DNA of 64,000 bases from an uncultured Clostridia bacterium (GCA_934120135.1 CAKOTK010000003.1:8746-72745); one strand, 5' to 3'. Numbered from the stretch's first letter, positions 1-10,580 are shown. Translations and numbers: made by a program. The notes: generated by a model from the letters alone, not told the origin.

Positions 1-205
1 GAGAAAAATAAATAAAAAAACTATTTGTATAATTTTACCCACATATTTTTAAATTGAAGGAAAGGATAAAAATGATTTAGAAAACATATTAAATATTCTA
101 GGTTATTCATTTACAGATACTATTTCATGCACTGTTGATGAAATATATAAAGAAAAGGGAATAGATATAAATAATATAAAAGAACTTAAGTTTTAAGAGG
201 TAGAT

Positions 206-550
206 ATGGAAAAGATATATAATAAATTAGTAAGAGATAATATACCAGACATTATTAGAGATGATAACGAAACACCTGTTACAAGAATTTTGACAGATGG
301 TGAATATGAAATAGAATTGTATCGAAAATTAGTAGAGGAATGTAAAGAAGTTTTTGAAGCGGAAAACGATAATGAAACATGTAAGGAATTAGCAGATGTA
401 TTAGAGGTAATAAGAGCCATTGCAAATGTAAAAGGAAAAAGCCTAGAAGATATTATAAAACTAGCAAATGATAAAAGAGATAAAAGAGGAGGTTTTTCCA
501 AAAAAATATATTTAGAAAAATCAATAAAGAAAGAAGAAATTGAGAGATAA
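206..550 (+). CDS. MazG-like / phosphoribosyl-ATP-PPase-like nucleoside triphosphate pyrophosphohydrolase (house-cleaning NTPase)
   Basis: 114-aa ORF with 'aagagg' SD 5 nt upstream. The all-alpha sequence 'KLVRDNIP...ELADVLEVIRAI' resembles small MazG-superfamily NTP-PPases (recognised by eye only). Confidence 0.55.
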   Translation: MEKIYNKLVRDNIPDIIRDDNETPVTRILTDGEYEIELYRKLVEECKEVFEAENDNETCKELADVLEVIRAIANVKGKSLEDIIKLANDKRDKRGGFSKKIYLEKSIKKEEIER

Positions 551-617
551 ATTGTATACAAAAATTATTATTTAATATATAATAAATATAATCAAAAGAA
601 AAGAGAGGTTAAATTTT

Positions 618-1559
618 ATGGAAAAGAAATTAGAAGAGTTGAATGGATTTAAAGATTTAAGGATTGTTGATAACTTTTATCAAACATCAAGCTTTTTTCC
701 AATGCCAACAACAGAAATTGGAACATTAAGTGAATCTGGTCAAACTAATTTAGGTTCATATTCATTATGCTTTCCATACTATATTGCAGGAAAGGATTAT
801 TATGCAATGCTTCTTTGTTGCAGAAACAGTTCAAATACTGCTAAAAATATTTTAAGAACAGGTAAGTGTAGTATAAACTTTATAACTGATAAGAGAAAGT
901 ATTTTAAAGAAGCGGTAAGATTAGGCTACCCAGGAGAAACAACAGAAGAAAAGATGAAAGACTGTATATTTACTTTAGTAGATGGAAAAAGAGCTAGAGA
1001 AAATCCAAATGAAGCATATCCTAAAATTATTCAAGAAGCATTTCAAGTATTTGAATGTACTTGGGTAAAAGAGTTAGATGGAGCAGAAAATGATGTGGTT
1101 AAAGATGAATATTTACCACCATACCATCAATTTAATGGTATTACAAGTCAATATGGTGCGCATTTTATTTTGAAAATTGATAATATTTTAATTAAACCAC
1201 AATATTATGATGCTATAATAAATGGAGTAAATTCATATAATTTTCCACAAGTACCAGTTGACTATGGTTACAGAGATAATAAAAACTTCTGGTATACAAA
1301 ATTCAAAAGACCTGTATCAGAACCAATACCAGCAAGTAAAGGTATTAGCTTAGATACTGTTAAGTATGCAGCTTCAAGAATTGATCCAGATGTAAAATTT
1401 ACAGATGAAGCTTGTGCTAAACTTGTAAAAGTACCAAGAGTATTTTTAAGTACTGTACTAAAGGGCTGTGTAGCATGGGCAAAAGAAAATAATGTTTCAT
1501 TGATTACAGAAAAAGAAATGGAAATTATACAAGATAAACGTAATAAAGAAAAGAAATAA
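618..1559 (+). CDS. hypothetical protein, possibly FMN-binding split-barrel / flavin-reductase-like
   Basis: 313-aa ORF with 'gagagg' SD and host-like codon usage. The domain guess is weak. Confidence 0.5.
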   Translation: MEKKLEELNGFKDLRIVDNFYQTSSFFPMPTTEIGTLSESGQTNLGSYSLCFPYYIAGKDYYAMLLCCRNSSNTAKNILRTGKCSINFITDKRKYFKEAVRLGYPGETTEEKMKDCIFTLVDGKRARENPNEAYPKIIQEAFQVFECTWVKELDGAENDVVKDEYLPPYHQFNGITSQYGAHFILKIDNILIKPQYYDAIINGVNSYNFPQVPVDYGYRDNKNFWYTKFKRPVSEPIPASKGISLDTVKYAASRIDPDVKFTDEACAKLVKVPRVFLSTVLKGCVAWAKENNVSLITEKEMEIIQDKRNKEKK

Positions 1560-1714
1560 AAACTCAAATGGTCTAATATATTTATATTAGGCTGTTTTTA
1601 TATTCTAGGAATTTTATCATAGTATGATAAAATTCTGTAGAAGATAAATATGCGAATTATTAGAATTTCTAGCAGTTTGCACTGCGTAGAAATTCTTAAA
1701 ATCCGTTTTTTTTA

Positions 1715-2251
1715 TTGGAGGAAAGAGTGAGTAATCAAATTATAAAGGTAACTAATATTAGTGGAAGTGAAGCAATATTGGATTTTTTTGATAACAATGT
1801 TAAACTTTTTACTACCAAAGCTTTTATAGGCAAAAATGGAATAACAAATGATAAAAGAGAGGGAGATGGCAAAACACCAATTGGTAAATATAATTTAGGT
1901 GTAGCTTTTGGAATGCATGATGAAATCGAATTTAGCAATTATGTTAAAATAAATGAAAACTTACATTGGGTAGATGATGTAAATTCAAAATTTTATAATC
2001 AGCTCGTAGATATTACGAAAGTAAAAAAAGACTGGAATAGTAGTGAACATTTAATAGAATATCAAAAACAATATGAGTATGCTATAGAGATAAAAACAAA
2101 TCCAAAAAATATACCAGGTAAAGGAAGTGCAATTTTTTTACATTGTAGTGCAGAAAAGCCAACGGCAGGGTGTATTGCTATAGAGGCTAAATATATGAAA
2201 TTTCTATTAGATAAAATTGAAAATGATACAATTATATGTATTGAAATATAA
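1715..2251 (+). CDS. L,D-transpeptidase (YkuD-fold) family protein
   Basis: The motif 'GSAIFLHCSAEKPTAGCIAI' matches the His...Cys catalytic signature of YkuD domains. Start is TTG 1715 or GTG 1727, next to 'ggagga'. Confidence 0.7.
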   Translation: MEERVSNQIIKVTNISGSEAILDFFDNNVKLFTTKAFIGKNGITNDKREGDGKTPIGKYNLGVAFGMHDEIEFSNYVKINENLHWVDDVNSKFYNQLVDITKVKKDWNSSEHLIEYQKQYEYAIEIKTNPKNIPGKGSAIFLHCSAEKPTAGCIAIEAKYMKFLLDKIENDTIICIEI

Positions 2252-2294
2252 AATGATATGTGGTAAAATTTCTTCTATTAGGAGGCGATTATAT

Positions 2295-2870
2295 ATGAAA
2301 AGAGAAGAAGCATTTGAAATATTAAAAAAATATAACAAAGATGAATTTCATATAAGACATGCTTTAACAGTTGAAGGTGTTATGAGATACTTTGCTAAAG
2401 AATTAAATGAGGATGTTGAATATTGGGGTAACATAGGACTACTACATGATGTGGATTTTGAATTGTATCCAGAAGAACACTGCAAAAAATGTATTGAATT
2501 ATTAAGAGAAAATAATGTTGATGAAAGCATTATTCATTCTATATGTAGCCATGGATACGGACTATGCACAGATGTTAAGCCAGAACACATAATGGAAAAA
2601 GTATTATTTGCAACAGACGAATTAACAGGGTTAATTTGGGCAGCAGCAAAAATGAGACCATCAAAAAGTGTAATGGACATGGAACTATCAAGTTTGAAAA
2701 AGAAATTTAAAGATAAAAAATTTGCAGCTGGATGTTCAAGAGATGTAATAATAAAAGGAGCAGAACAACTGGGCTGGGATTTAGACACATTACTAGAGAA
2801 AACTATTTTAGCAATGAGAGAAGACGAAGCAAAAATAAATGAATACATAGAAAAAGAATATAATCGTTAA
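2295..2870 (+). CDS. HD/HDIG domain phosphohydrolase
   Basis: 'HIRHALTVEGV...GLLHDVD' gives the H..HD motifs. ATG 2295 is preferred over the track start because 'aggagg' lies 8 nt upstream. Confidence 0.75.
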   Translation: MKREEAFEILKKYNKDEFHIRHALTVEGVMRYFAKELNEDVEYWGNIGLLHDVDFELYPEEHCKKCIELLRENNVDESIIHSICSHGYGLCTDVKPEHIMEKVLFATDELTGLIWAAAKMRPSKSVMDMELSSLKKKFKDKKFAAGCSRDVIIKGAEQLGWDLDTLLEKTILAMREDEAKINEYIEKEYNR

Positions 2871-2989
2871 ATTCAAAAAAATACACTTTTTAACTGTAGT
2901 TAAAAAGTGCATTTTTTGATTGTTAATTTTTTTAAGTTTACACTAAAAGATTTTTTGACCCGAAACTAAAAAGTTATCTAAAGTCAACC

Positions 2990-3424
2990 TTATAAATATT
3001 TTTTTAGTGTTTCTACGCTGTCTTCTTGCATAACTACAAAGTCATTTAATATGTTTTTTACATCTGCAGCAGCATTTTCATTTTGATTAAGTAAACGTCT
3101 TCCTTCAATAATTCCCATATTAGTACCTTGCATTAAAAGTTCAGAAAGCTTTGATGTACTATCATCATTCATGGTTTTCATTTGAATTCCATACCATGTC
3201 ATCATTTTTGTCATTGCATTAGTTTCATGAGGCTCTTTACTACTGTAATTTGCATATAAGTCATTTACTCTGGTAGAAATGTCCTTGTATTTGTTATATT
3301 CTGTATCTAAAACATTTTTAAATTTACTATCTGTAACTTTTTCAGAAACATATGAAATAGCGTTCATACCCATAGTTGCACCTTTATTAACTTCATCTAA
3401 AATATTTAAATTTTGATTTTCCAT
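2990..3424 (-). CDS. small helical protein (DUF2383/ferritin-like four-helix bundle guess)
   Basis: ORF with 'aggagg' SD 9 nt upstream of ATG 3424. A convergent hairpin terminator lies at about 2880-2915. Confidence 0.5.
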   Translation of the reverse strand: MENQNLNILDEVNKGATMGMNAISYVSEKVTDSKFKNVLDTEYNKYKDISTRVNDLYANYSSKEPHETNAMTKMMTWYGIQMKTMNDDSTSKLSELLMQGTNMGIIEGRRLLNQNENAAADVKNILNDFVVMQEDSVETLKKYL

Positions 3425-3542
3425 TTTCAAATTCCTCCTAAATATATAATTGACTAAATAAAGAAAAAATATTCAAAAATCTTGAGAAATGCGTGTAAAT
3501 ATGTTAAAATATATTTGTTGAAATAATGGAGGGACAAATTAT

Positions 3543-4061
3543 ATGGCAAAAGTTGAAAAAGAAAAAATAAATAAAAAAATGAAAGATGAAATGAAAAAAG
3601 CTCAAAAAGACGCAAAAAAAGAAATGAGTGAGTTTAAAAAATTTATTTCAAAAGGTAATGTTGTTGATATGGCTGTCGGCGTTATTATTGGTGGAGCTTT
3701 TGGAAAAATAGTTACAAGTTTAGTAAATGATATAATTACACCTGCAATAGGAATAATAATTGGAGGTTTGGATTTTAGCAACTTAAGCATACAAATAGGT
3801 GAAGCTAAAATTATGTATGGAAATTTTATACAAACAGTTATAGACTTCTTGATTATAGCTATTTGTATATTCTCAGTAATAAGAATATTTGAGAGAGTAA
3901 AAAATAGAAATAAAAAAGAAGAACCAACGCCAGAAGCTCCTAAAAAGAGTGCTGAAGTGGTGTTATTAGAAGAAATTAGAGATTTGATGAAAAAAGATGC
4001 AAATGAAACTGATGAAATAGAAGGACAAGAAAAAATAGAAGAACCAATAACAAAAGGATAA
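3543..4061 (+). CDS. mscL: large-conductance mechanosensitive channel MscL, with Lys-rich N-terminal and acidic C-terminal extensions
   Basis: '[37 protein letters not shown]' is the canonical MscL TM1 region. 'ggaggg' SD supports the long start. Confidence 0.85.
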   Translation: MAKVEKEKINKKMKDEMKKAQKDAKKEMSEFKKFISKGNVVDMAVGVIIGGAFGKIVTSLVNDIITPAIGIIIGGLDFSNLSIQIGEAKIMYGNFIQTVIDFLIIAICIFSVIRIFERVKNRNKKEEPTPEAPKKSAEVVLLEEIRDLMKKDANETDEIEGQEKIEEPITKG

Positions 4062-4122
4062 TGTATTGACATTTGTTAAAACTAAGACTATAATAGTAAT
4101 ATAGTGATAAAAGGAGAAAGTT

Positions 4123-4284
4123 ATGTTAGCTAAAACATGGAAAAAAATATTATTATTTGTTTTAATAATAGCATGTCTATTTAATATAGTAAATAAACTT
4201 GTTCATAAAGCGTCTATGAAGCAAGAAATAGAAGCTTCAGCAGAATATGTTGAACAACAACAAAAAGCAAATGAACAAAAATAA
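4123..4284 (+). CDS. 53-aa single-TM microprotein (below the ORF-track cutoff)
   Basis: 'aaaggag' SD 6 nt upstream of the ATG. Translation is MLAKTWKKILLFVLIIACLFNIV... with a hydrophobic helix. Hand-translated. Confidence 0.4.
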   Translation: MLAKTWKKILLFVLIIACLFNIVNKLVHKASMKQEIEASAEYVEQQQKANEQK

Positions 4285-4368
4285 TAATAAAAACTTGAAA
4301 AAAAATTTAAACTGTGTTACAATAAATAACAGTTTGTTAATAGATATTAAGGGAGAGGTGAATACAAA

Positions 4369-4569
4369 ATGAAAGAAGGAATACATCCAAATTATACAGA
4401 AGCAACAATTACATGTGCTTGTGGAAATGTAATGAAAACAAATTCAACAAAAGCAGATATGAAAGTTGATGTTTGTTCAAAATGTCATCCATTCTGGACA
4501 GGTAACTTAAAAAGAGAGACAACTGGTGGTAGAGCAGATAAGTTCAAGAAAAAATATGGAATTCAATAG
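4369..4569 (+). CDS. rpmE: 50S ribosomal protein L31 (Zn-ribbon type A)
   Basis: 'MKEGIHPNY...CACGN...[10 protein letters not shown]' is unmistakable L31. Strong 'gggagagg' SD. Confidence 0.95.
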   Translation: MKEGIHPNYTEATITCACGNVMKTNSTKADMKVDVCSKCHPFWTGNLKRETTGGRADKFKKKYGIQ

Positions 4570-4576
4570 AAACATA

Positions 4577-4616
4577 AAAAGTGTTGTAAATGTAAATTTA
4601 CAGCACTTTTATTTTG
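4577..4616 (+). terminator. Rho-independent terminator after rpmE
   Basis: 14-bp stem 'aaaagtgttgtaaa'/'tttacagcactttt' followed by a T-rich tail. Confidence 0.6.
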
Positions 4617-4690
4617 CATAGCACTTGAAAAAAATGCTCGATTATTGTAGAATATATTAGATTTATAAAGAAAATATCGGAGGAAGTATT

Positions 4691-6103
4691 GTGGCAAAAA
4701 TAGAAGTAGATAAACAATTAGAAGATATAAAAAAAGTAGCTTCATTAAATGAAGGAAAAAACTTAAAATATTGTATTTTGACAATGGGATGTCAATTAAA
4801 TGAAAATGATTCAGAGAAACTATGTGGAATGATGGAAAGTATGAATTATACTAAAACTGATAAACTATCTGACGCCGATTTAATTGTATTTAATACTTGT
4901 TGTGTTCGTGAAAATGCAGAGGATAAGTTGTTTGGTAAATTAGGCGAAGTAAAAAAATATAAAGAAGCCAAAGGCACTATAATAGCAATTGGTGGATGTA
5001 TGATGCAAGAAAAGCATATTGTAGATAAGTTAAAACAAAGTTATCCATTTTTTGATATTGTATTTGGTACACATACACTTCAAGAATTTCCAACAGATTT
5101 ATACAATGTGTTATGCAACAAAAAAAGAATAGAAGATGTATTAGATATTGATGGAGATGTCATTGAAGGCTTACCGATATCAAGAGAAGATAAAATAAAA
5201 GCATCTGTAACAATTATGAATGGATGCAATAACTTCTGTAGCTATTGCATAGTACCTTATGTAAGAGGTAGAGAAAGAAGCAGAGAGCCAAGAGATATTA
5301 TAAATGAAGTAAAAAAATTAGCAGAACAAGGTTACAAAGAAATTACTCTTTTAGGTCAAAATGTTAATTCATATTTGAGAAATGAAAAAGAAAAAGGTAT
5401 TGAATTTGAACAATATGAAGGAGTTAACTCATTTGCAACTTTATTAAGAGCTATAAACAAAATAGATGGAATAGAAAGAATACGTTTTGTATCTCCACAC
5501 CCAAAGGACTTTACAGATGATGCTATAGAGGCAATTAGAGACTGTGAAAAAGTTTGTAAATTAGTTCATTTGCCACTTCAATCAGGAAGTAGTGAAATTT
5601 TAAAAGTAATGAATAGAAAATACACTAAAGAACAATACTTAAGATTAGTAGAAAAAATGAAAAATCAAATTCCAAATCTTACCCTTTCTACAGATATAAT
5701 AGTAGGATTTCCAGGTGAGACAGAGGAGAATTTCGAGGATACTTTAGATGTTGTTTCAAAAGTAAAATTTGAACAAGTATATATGTTTATTTATTCAAGA
5801 AGAGTTGGAACTCCGGGCGATAAAATGGAGAATCAAGTTCCAGAAGACATTAAACATAAAAGATTTGACAGATTAAAACAATTAGTAGAAAGTCAAATTG
5901 CAGAAAGAAACAAGGAGTATGTTGGAACTGTTCAAAAAATTCTAGTAGAAGGTAGAAGCAAAACAAATGACAATATGCTTACAGGAAGAACTGACTCAAA
6001 CAAAGTAGTAATACTAGAAGGCTGCGATGAGTTGATAGGCAAAATGGTTGAAATAAAGATAGTTTCAGAACATATGTGGTATTTGAAAGGGGAAATAGTA
6101 TAA
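4691..6103 (+). CDS. miaB: tRNA-2-methylthio-N6-dimethylallyladenosine synthase (radical SAM methylthiotransferase)
   Basis: It has the UPF0004 N-domain 'TMGCQLNENDSE', the radical-SAM 'CNNFCSYC' motif and a TRAM C-terminus. GTG start. Lies in the conserved position upstream of mutS. Confidence 0.9.
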   Translation: MAKIEVDKQLEDIKKVASLNEGKNLKYCILTMGCQLNENDSEKLCGMMESMNYTKTDKLSDADLIVFNTCCVRENAEDKLFGKLGEVKKYKEAKGTIIAIGGCMMQEKHIVDKLKQSYPFFDIVFGTHTLQEFPTDLYNVLCNKKRIEDVLDIDGDVIEGLPISREDKIKASVTIMNGCNNFCSYCIVPYVRGRERSREPRDIINEVKKLAEQGYKEITLLGQNVNSYLRNEKEKGIEFEQYEGVNSFATLLRAINKIDGIERIRFVSPHPKDFTDDAIEAIRDCEKVCKLVHLPLQSGSSEILKVMNRKYTKEQYLRLVEKMKNQIPNLTLSTDIIVGFPGETEENFEDTLDVVSKVKFEQVYMFIYSRRVGTPGDKMENQVPEDIKHKRFDRLKQLVESQIAERNKEYVGTVQKILVEGRSKTNDNMLTGRTDSNKVVILEGCDELIGKMVEIKIVSEHMWYLKGEIV

Positions 6104-6104
6104 A

Positions 6105-6839
6105 ATGAAAGAGATAACAGATAGTGAATTCGAACAATTGATGTTAGAAGTTATAGAAGGTAAAAAATCTAGAGTTAAACTTGCAGAAGAATTACAAACA
6201 GATTGGAGAACTTTAAATAAAAAAATTCAATTATTATCAATGACTAACCCAGAATTATACAAGAAATTTGTTGAAAAATATCCATATAAGCCAAAAGAAA
6301 TAACAGCTATTCCTTTGAAGACTATGTTATATGAATTTTTAAAGACTGGAATAAAAATGCAAGATTTGGCCGATAAATATGGAATAGGTGAAAGGACTTT
6401 ACGAAGAAAAATAGATGCATTAAAAAAATCAGATGATCCTAAAGACAGAGAGTTACATGATATTTGTAAACAAACAGCTTATAACCGAGCTCATGGAAAA
6501 AAGATGCATTTTGAGCTTCAAAGAAAGATTGATGAATTAGAAATACAAGAAGAAGAAATAAAACAAGATGACAAGGAAAAAAGAAGACAACAATTACTTC
6601 AAATAGAGAAAAATTATAACGAATTGTGTAGAATAATGTCAAAGGAAAAAGCAGCAGAGGCAATGGGATATACATACAATAGAGTATATAAATTGCTAGA
6701 CGAACTCTATTGCATGGAAATTCAAAATAATGCAATTAAAGGTTTTAAGGAAGGTATAAAAGTAAATCAAAAAGAGATAAATCAAGTTTTAGATGAACAA
6801 ATAACAAAGCCAACAACTGAAACAGAAAAGGAGAAATAA
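6105..6839 (+). CDS. hypothetical HTH-containing protein between miaB and mutS
   Basis: 244-aa ORF tightly coupled to both neighbours. Repeated helix-turn-helix-like segments ('LADKYGIGERTLRRKI'). Confidence 0.6.
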   Translation: MKEITDSEFEQLMLEVIEGKKSRVKLAEELQTDWRTLNKKIQLLSMTNPELYKKFVEKYPYKPKEITAIPLKTMLYEFLKTGIKMQDLADKYGIGERTLRRKIDALKKSDDPKDRELHDICKQTAYNRAHGKKMHFELQRKIDELEIQEEEIKQDDKEKRRQQLLQIEKNYNELCRIMSKEKAAEAMGYTYNRVYKLLDELYCMEIQNNAIKGFKEGIKVNQKEINQVLDEQITKPTTETEKEK

Positions 6840-6841
6840 AC

Positions 6842-9454
6842 ATGGCAGAATATTCACCTATGATGCAACATTATTTACAAACAAAAGAAGAATATAAAGA
6901 TTGCATTTTATTTTATCGTTTAGGCGATTTTTATGAAATGTTTTTTGATGATGCAATTACAGCTTCAAGAGAATTAGAGTTAACACTAACTGGCAAAGAC
7001 TGTGGACAAGCTGAAAGAGCTCCTATGTGTGGTATACCATATCATGCTGCAGAAACATATATTGCAAGGTTAATTGAAAAAGGATATAAGGTTGCAATTT
7101 GTGAGCAGCTTGAAGATCCTAAACAAGCAAAAGGAATTGTAAAAAGAGATGTTATAAGAGTCGTAACACCTGGTACTGTAATGGAAAGCAACCTTCTGGA
7201 AGAAAAGAAAAACAATTATATAATGTCAATATATAAAAATGGAATTTATTATGGAGTAGCAGTTTGTGACCTGACAACAGCAGATTTCAAAACTACACAA
7301 ATTAAAGACCAAAATAATTTTATTACATTAATGGATGAAATTTCGAGATTTTCACCGGCTGAAATTGTTGTAAATACTATGATGTATGAATCAGTACAAG
7401 AAATTAGTAAGATACGTGAAAGATTTAATATATACATATCAAAACTAGATGATGAAAAATTTAATACTGATTATAATGAATTTAAAATTAAATATGACAT
7501 ATTAAATGAAAATGAGCAAGAAGTTGAAGATATATCTGATAGTGTATTATGTGTTGCAGCAAGTAATGGATTATTAAATTATTTGAAAGATACTCAAAAA
7601 AGTAACTTAGACTATATTCATAAAATTGTGTTATATTATACAACACATTATATGAATTTAGATATAAATGCAAGAAGAAACTTGGAAATAACAGAAAAGT
7701 TAAGAGACAAAAGCAAAAAGGGGACTTTACTTTGGGTTCTTGATAAAACTTCAACATCAATGGGAGGAAGATTATTAAGAAGATGGCTTAACGATCCTTT
7801 AATAGATGTATGCAAGATAAATGAAAGACTAGAAGCTGTTAAAGAATTAAAAGAAGATATAATTTTAAGAGGAGATGTTATTGATAGCTTAAAGAAAGTG
7901 TATGATATTGAAAGATTAGCAGGAAAAATATCTTATGGTAGTGCAAATGCGAGAGATTTACTTTCATTAAAAAACTCTGCTAAACAATTACCTGATGTAA
8001 AGAAAACACTTTCACAAACAAAATCTCCATTATTAACTCAATTATATGATGACTTAGATACCTTAGAAGACGTTTATCAAATAATTGAAGACTCAATTAT
8101 TGACGATCCACCTATAAGTGTAAAAGAAGGTGGAATAATAAAATTAGGATATGACGAAGAAATAGATCACCTAAAAAAGGCAACAACAGAAGGCAAAAAT
8201 TGGGTTCTAGATATAGAAGCAAAAGAGAGAGAAGCAACAGGAATAAAGGGTTTAAAGGTTGGATTTAATAAAGTATTTGGATATTTTATTGAAGTAACAA
8301 AATCTAATTTATCAATGGTTCCAGATAGATTTATTCGTAAGCAAACTTTAGCAAACTGTGAAAGATATATAACAGAAGAACTAAAAAAAGTTGAAAATGA
8401 AATTTTAGGTGCAGAAGAAAAAGTTGTAAATCTAGAATATAATGCCTTTTGTGAAATAAGAGAAAAAATAGAGAAGCAAATATTAAGAGTTCAAAAATCA
8501 GCAAGTATCATAGCTACATTAGATGTTCTAACATCTTTAGCAACAGTGGCAGATGATATGAATTATGTTATGCCAATAGTTGATAATAGTGGAATGATAG
8601 ATATTAAAGATGGACGTCATCCTGTTATTGAAAAAATATTACCAGGTGGAAGCTTTGTTGAGAATGATACATATTTAGACAAAAATGATAACCGTTTAGC
8701 AATTATTACAGGACCTAACATGGCTGGTAAATCTACATATATGAGACAAGTTGCATTGATAACACTTATGGCACAAGTTGGAAGTTTTGTACCAGCATCC
8801 TATGCAAAAATTGGTGTAGTTGATAAAATATTCACTAGAGTTGGAGCATCTGATGATTTAAGTATGGGACAAAGTACTTTTATGGTTGAAATGATGGAAG
8901 TGGCAGCTATATTAAAGGAAGCTACATCAAATAGTTTAGTAATTTTAGATGAAATAGGAAGAGGAACTTCAACTTATGATGGACTTTCAATTGCATGGGC
9001 AGTAGCTGAATATATTTCAGATAAAGAAAAATGTGGAGCTAAAACTCTATTTGCAACACATTATCATGAGTTAACCTCACTGGAAGAAAAACTAGAAGGC
9101 GTTAAAAATTATTCTGTTGCTGTAAAAGAAAAGGGAGAAGATGTTATTTTCTTAAGAAAAATTGTACCAGGGGGAACTGATGAAAGTTACGGTGTACATG
9201 TTGCAAAATTAGCAGGAGTTCCTCAAGTGGTAACAAAACGTGCAAATGAAATTTTGAAAACTTTGGAAAGAAAAAGTGTACTCGGGGAAAAGGCACAAGA
9301 AAAAGAAAACAAAAAAGTTGCAACAGGACAATTAGATTTATATAATTATAAATTGGCTGAGATAGCTCACGAATTGGATAAAGTAGATTTAAATGAGCTA
9401 ACACCAATTGAGGCATTGAACACTTTAGTTAATATGAAAGAGAAAATGAAATAG
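6842..9454 (+). CDS. mutS: DNA mismatch repair protein MutS
   Basis: N-terminal 'PMMQHYLQTKEEYKDCILFYRLGDFYEMFFDDA', Walker A 'GPNMAGKST' and 'TLFATHYHELT'. Confidence 0.97.
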   Translation: MAEYSPMMQHYLQTKEEYKDCILFYRLGDFYEMFFDDAITASRELELTLTGKDCGQAERAPMCGIPYHAAETYIARLIEKGYKVAICEQLEDPKQAKGIVKRDVIRVVTPGTVMESNLLEEKKNNYIMSIYKNGIYYGVAVCDLTTADFKTTQIKDQNNFITLMDEISRFSPAEIVVNTMMYESVQEISKIRERFNIYISKLDDEKFNTDYNEFKIKYDILNENEQEVEDISDSVLCVAASNGLLNYLKDTQKSNLDYIHKIVLYYTTHYMNLDINARRNLEITEKLRDKSKKGTLLWVLDKTSTSMGGRLLRRWLNDPLIDVCKINERLEAVKELKEDIILRGDVIDSLKKVYDIERLAGKISYGSANARDLLSLKNSAKQLPDVKKTLSQTKSPLLTQLYDDLDTLEDVYQIIEDSIIDDPPISVKEGGIIKLGYDEEIDHLKKATTEGKNWVLDIEAKEREATGIKGLKVGFNKVFGYFIEVTKSNLSMVPDRFIRKQTLANCERYITEELKKVENEILGAEEKVVNLEYNAFCEIREKIEKQILRVQKSASIIATLDVLTSLATVADDMNYVMPIVDNSGMIDIKDGRHPVIEKILPGGSFVENDTYLDKNDNRLAIITGPNMAGKSTYMRQVALITLMAQVGSFVPASYAKIGVVDKIFTRVGASDDLSMGQSTFMVEMMEVAAILKEATSNSLVILDEIGRGTSTYDGLSIAWAVAEYISDKEKCGAKTLFATHYHELTSLEEKLEGVKNYSVAVKEKGEDVIFLRKIVPGGTDESYGVHVAKLAGVPQVVTKRANEILKTLERKSVLGEKAQEKENKKVATGQLDLYNYKLAEIAHELDKVDLNELTPIEALNTLVNMKEKMK

Positions 9455-9464
9455 GGAGTAACAA

Positions 9465-10580
9465 ATGAAGGAAAAATCAAATAAGCAATTTATGATTTTA
9501 TCTGCAATAGGCATAATACAAGTAGTTATGTGCCATTTGGCACCAGACGTAAAATTAACTGGATATATATTTCCATATACTTCGTTTTTTATGCCTATGT
9601 TTGTATTTATATCAGGATATTTTTATTCAGTAAAAAAGGAAGAACATATATTTAAAACTATATGGGAAAAATTTAAGAAAATAATGTTACCATTTTTGAT
9701 TATAAATTTATGTTATGGAATAATAAATACAATATTAAGAAATGCAGGAATTATAAATTATGGAAGAGATATTAGCTTATACACATTATTTATACAACCA
9801 TTTATAAATAATAGCCAATTTATTTTTAATTTCCCATCATGGTTTATACCAGCATTTTTCACAACATATATTGTTTATCTGCTAATACATAAATTAACAT
9901 CAAAAATAAAGCTAAATGAATATATCTTGTTGCTAGTACTATTAGTTGGAAATATGATAGCAGTGTATAATCAGGAAATTGCTAGATTAGAAGATATAAG
10001 GTCTTTACTATTAAGGATACTATTCTTCTTGCCATTTTTTCAAATGGGATATTTATATAAAATAACTTGGCAAAAATATGAAGAAAGAGTAAAAAATTGG
10101 ATTTGCATACCGATAGTGATAATAATAAATATTATTTTAATATCAATTTTTAAAGATATTGAATATGATTTACATGAATTTTCAGGATTTATACAAAATG
10201 CATATTATTTGCCAATATTAACATTTGTAACAGGAACTTTGTTCTGGCTTAGAATTTCTAAAATTCTTGAAAAATGGATAGGAAATAATAAATTAGTAAA
10301 TTATATTAGCAATAATACATTTTCAATAATGTCACATCATTTATTTTATATATTTATACTTAACTTTATACTATATTTAATAAATGTTCCATATTTCGAT
10401 TTGTCAAATTTTCAAAATGGGTGGATATATAGATACCAAATACCAGGTTGGGAGATTCCATTACAAATTGTATATTTACTACTTGGAGTACTCGCACCAA
10501 TTGGCATGAAACATTTATATGATAAGATTAACATAAAACTTTACAAAAATAAAGAAAAGGTGTATAATGATAAGAACTAG
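9465..10580 (+). CDS. acyltransferase family 3 integral membrane protein
   Basis: 371-aa polytopic membrane protein. N-terminal 'ILSAIGIIQVVMCHL' resembles Acyl_transf_3. Confidence 0.6.
   Translation: MKEKSNKQFMILSAIGIIQVVMCHLAPDVKLTGYIFPYTSFFMPMFVFISGYFYSVKKEEHIFKTIWEKFKKIMLPFLIINLCYGIINTILRNAGIINYGRDISLYTLFIQPFINNSQFIFNFPSWFIPAFFTTYIVYLLIHKLTSKIKLNEYILLLVLLVGNMIAVYNQEIARLEDIRSLLLRILFFLPFFQMGYLYKITWQKYEERVKNWICIPIVIIINIILISIFKDIEYDLHEFSGFIQNAYYLPILTFVTGTLFWLRISKILEKWIGNNKLVNYISNNTFSIMSHHLFYIFILNFILYLINVPYFDLSNFQNGWIYRYQIPGWEIPLQIVYLLLGVLAPIGMKHLYDKINIKLYKNKEKVYNDKN

Noticed and set aside
32-196. Possible 47-aa ORF (TTG 53 to TAA 196) at the window start
   Set aside because: No SD and a TTG start only. 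It could be the tail of a degraded gene, but nothing supports calling it.
193-561. 122-aa minus-strand ORF covering the MazG-like gene
   Set aside because: It is fully antisense to a better-supported plus-strand gene, has no SD, and has the S/I/F/L-rich composition typical of antisense frames in AT-rich DNA. The same reasoning rejects most other overlapping track ORFs, for example 1268-1567, 3602-4072, 6439-6735, 17834-18283, 26117-26392, 31840-32421, 40006-40299, 53880-54242, 55014-55322, 56899-58680 and 63398-63784.
3543-3623. Trimming mscL to the internal Met (3624) to give a canonical-length protein
   Set aside because: Only the upstream ATG 3543 has an SD ('ggaggg', 9 nt away). The Lys-rich N-terminal extension is therefore kept, with the caveat that it is unusual.
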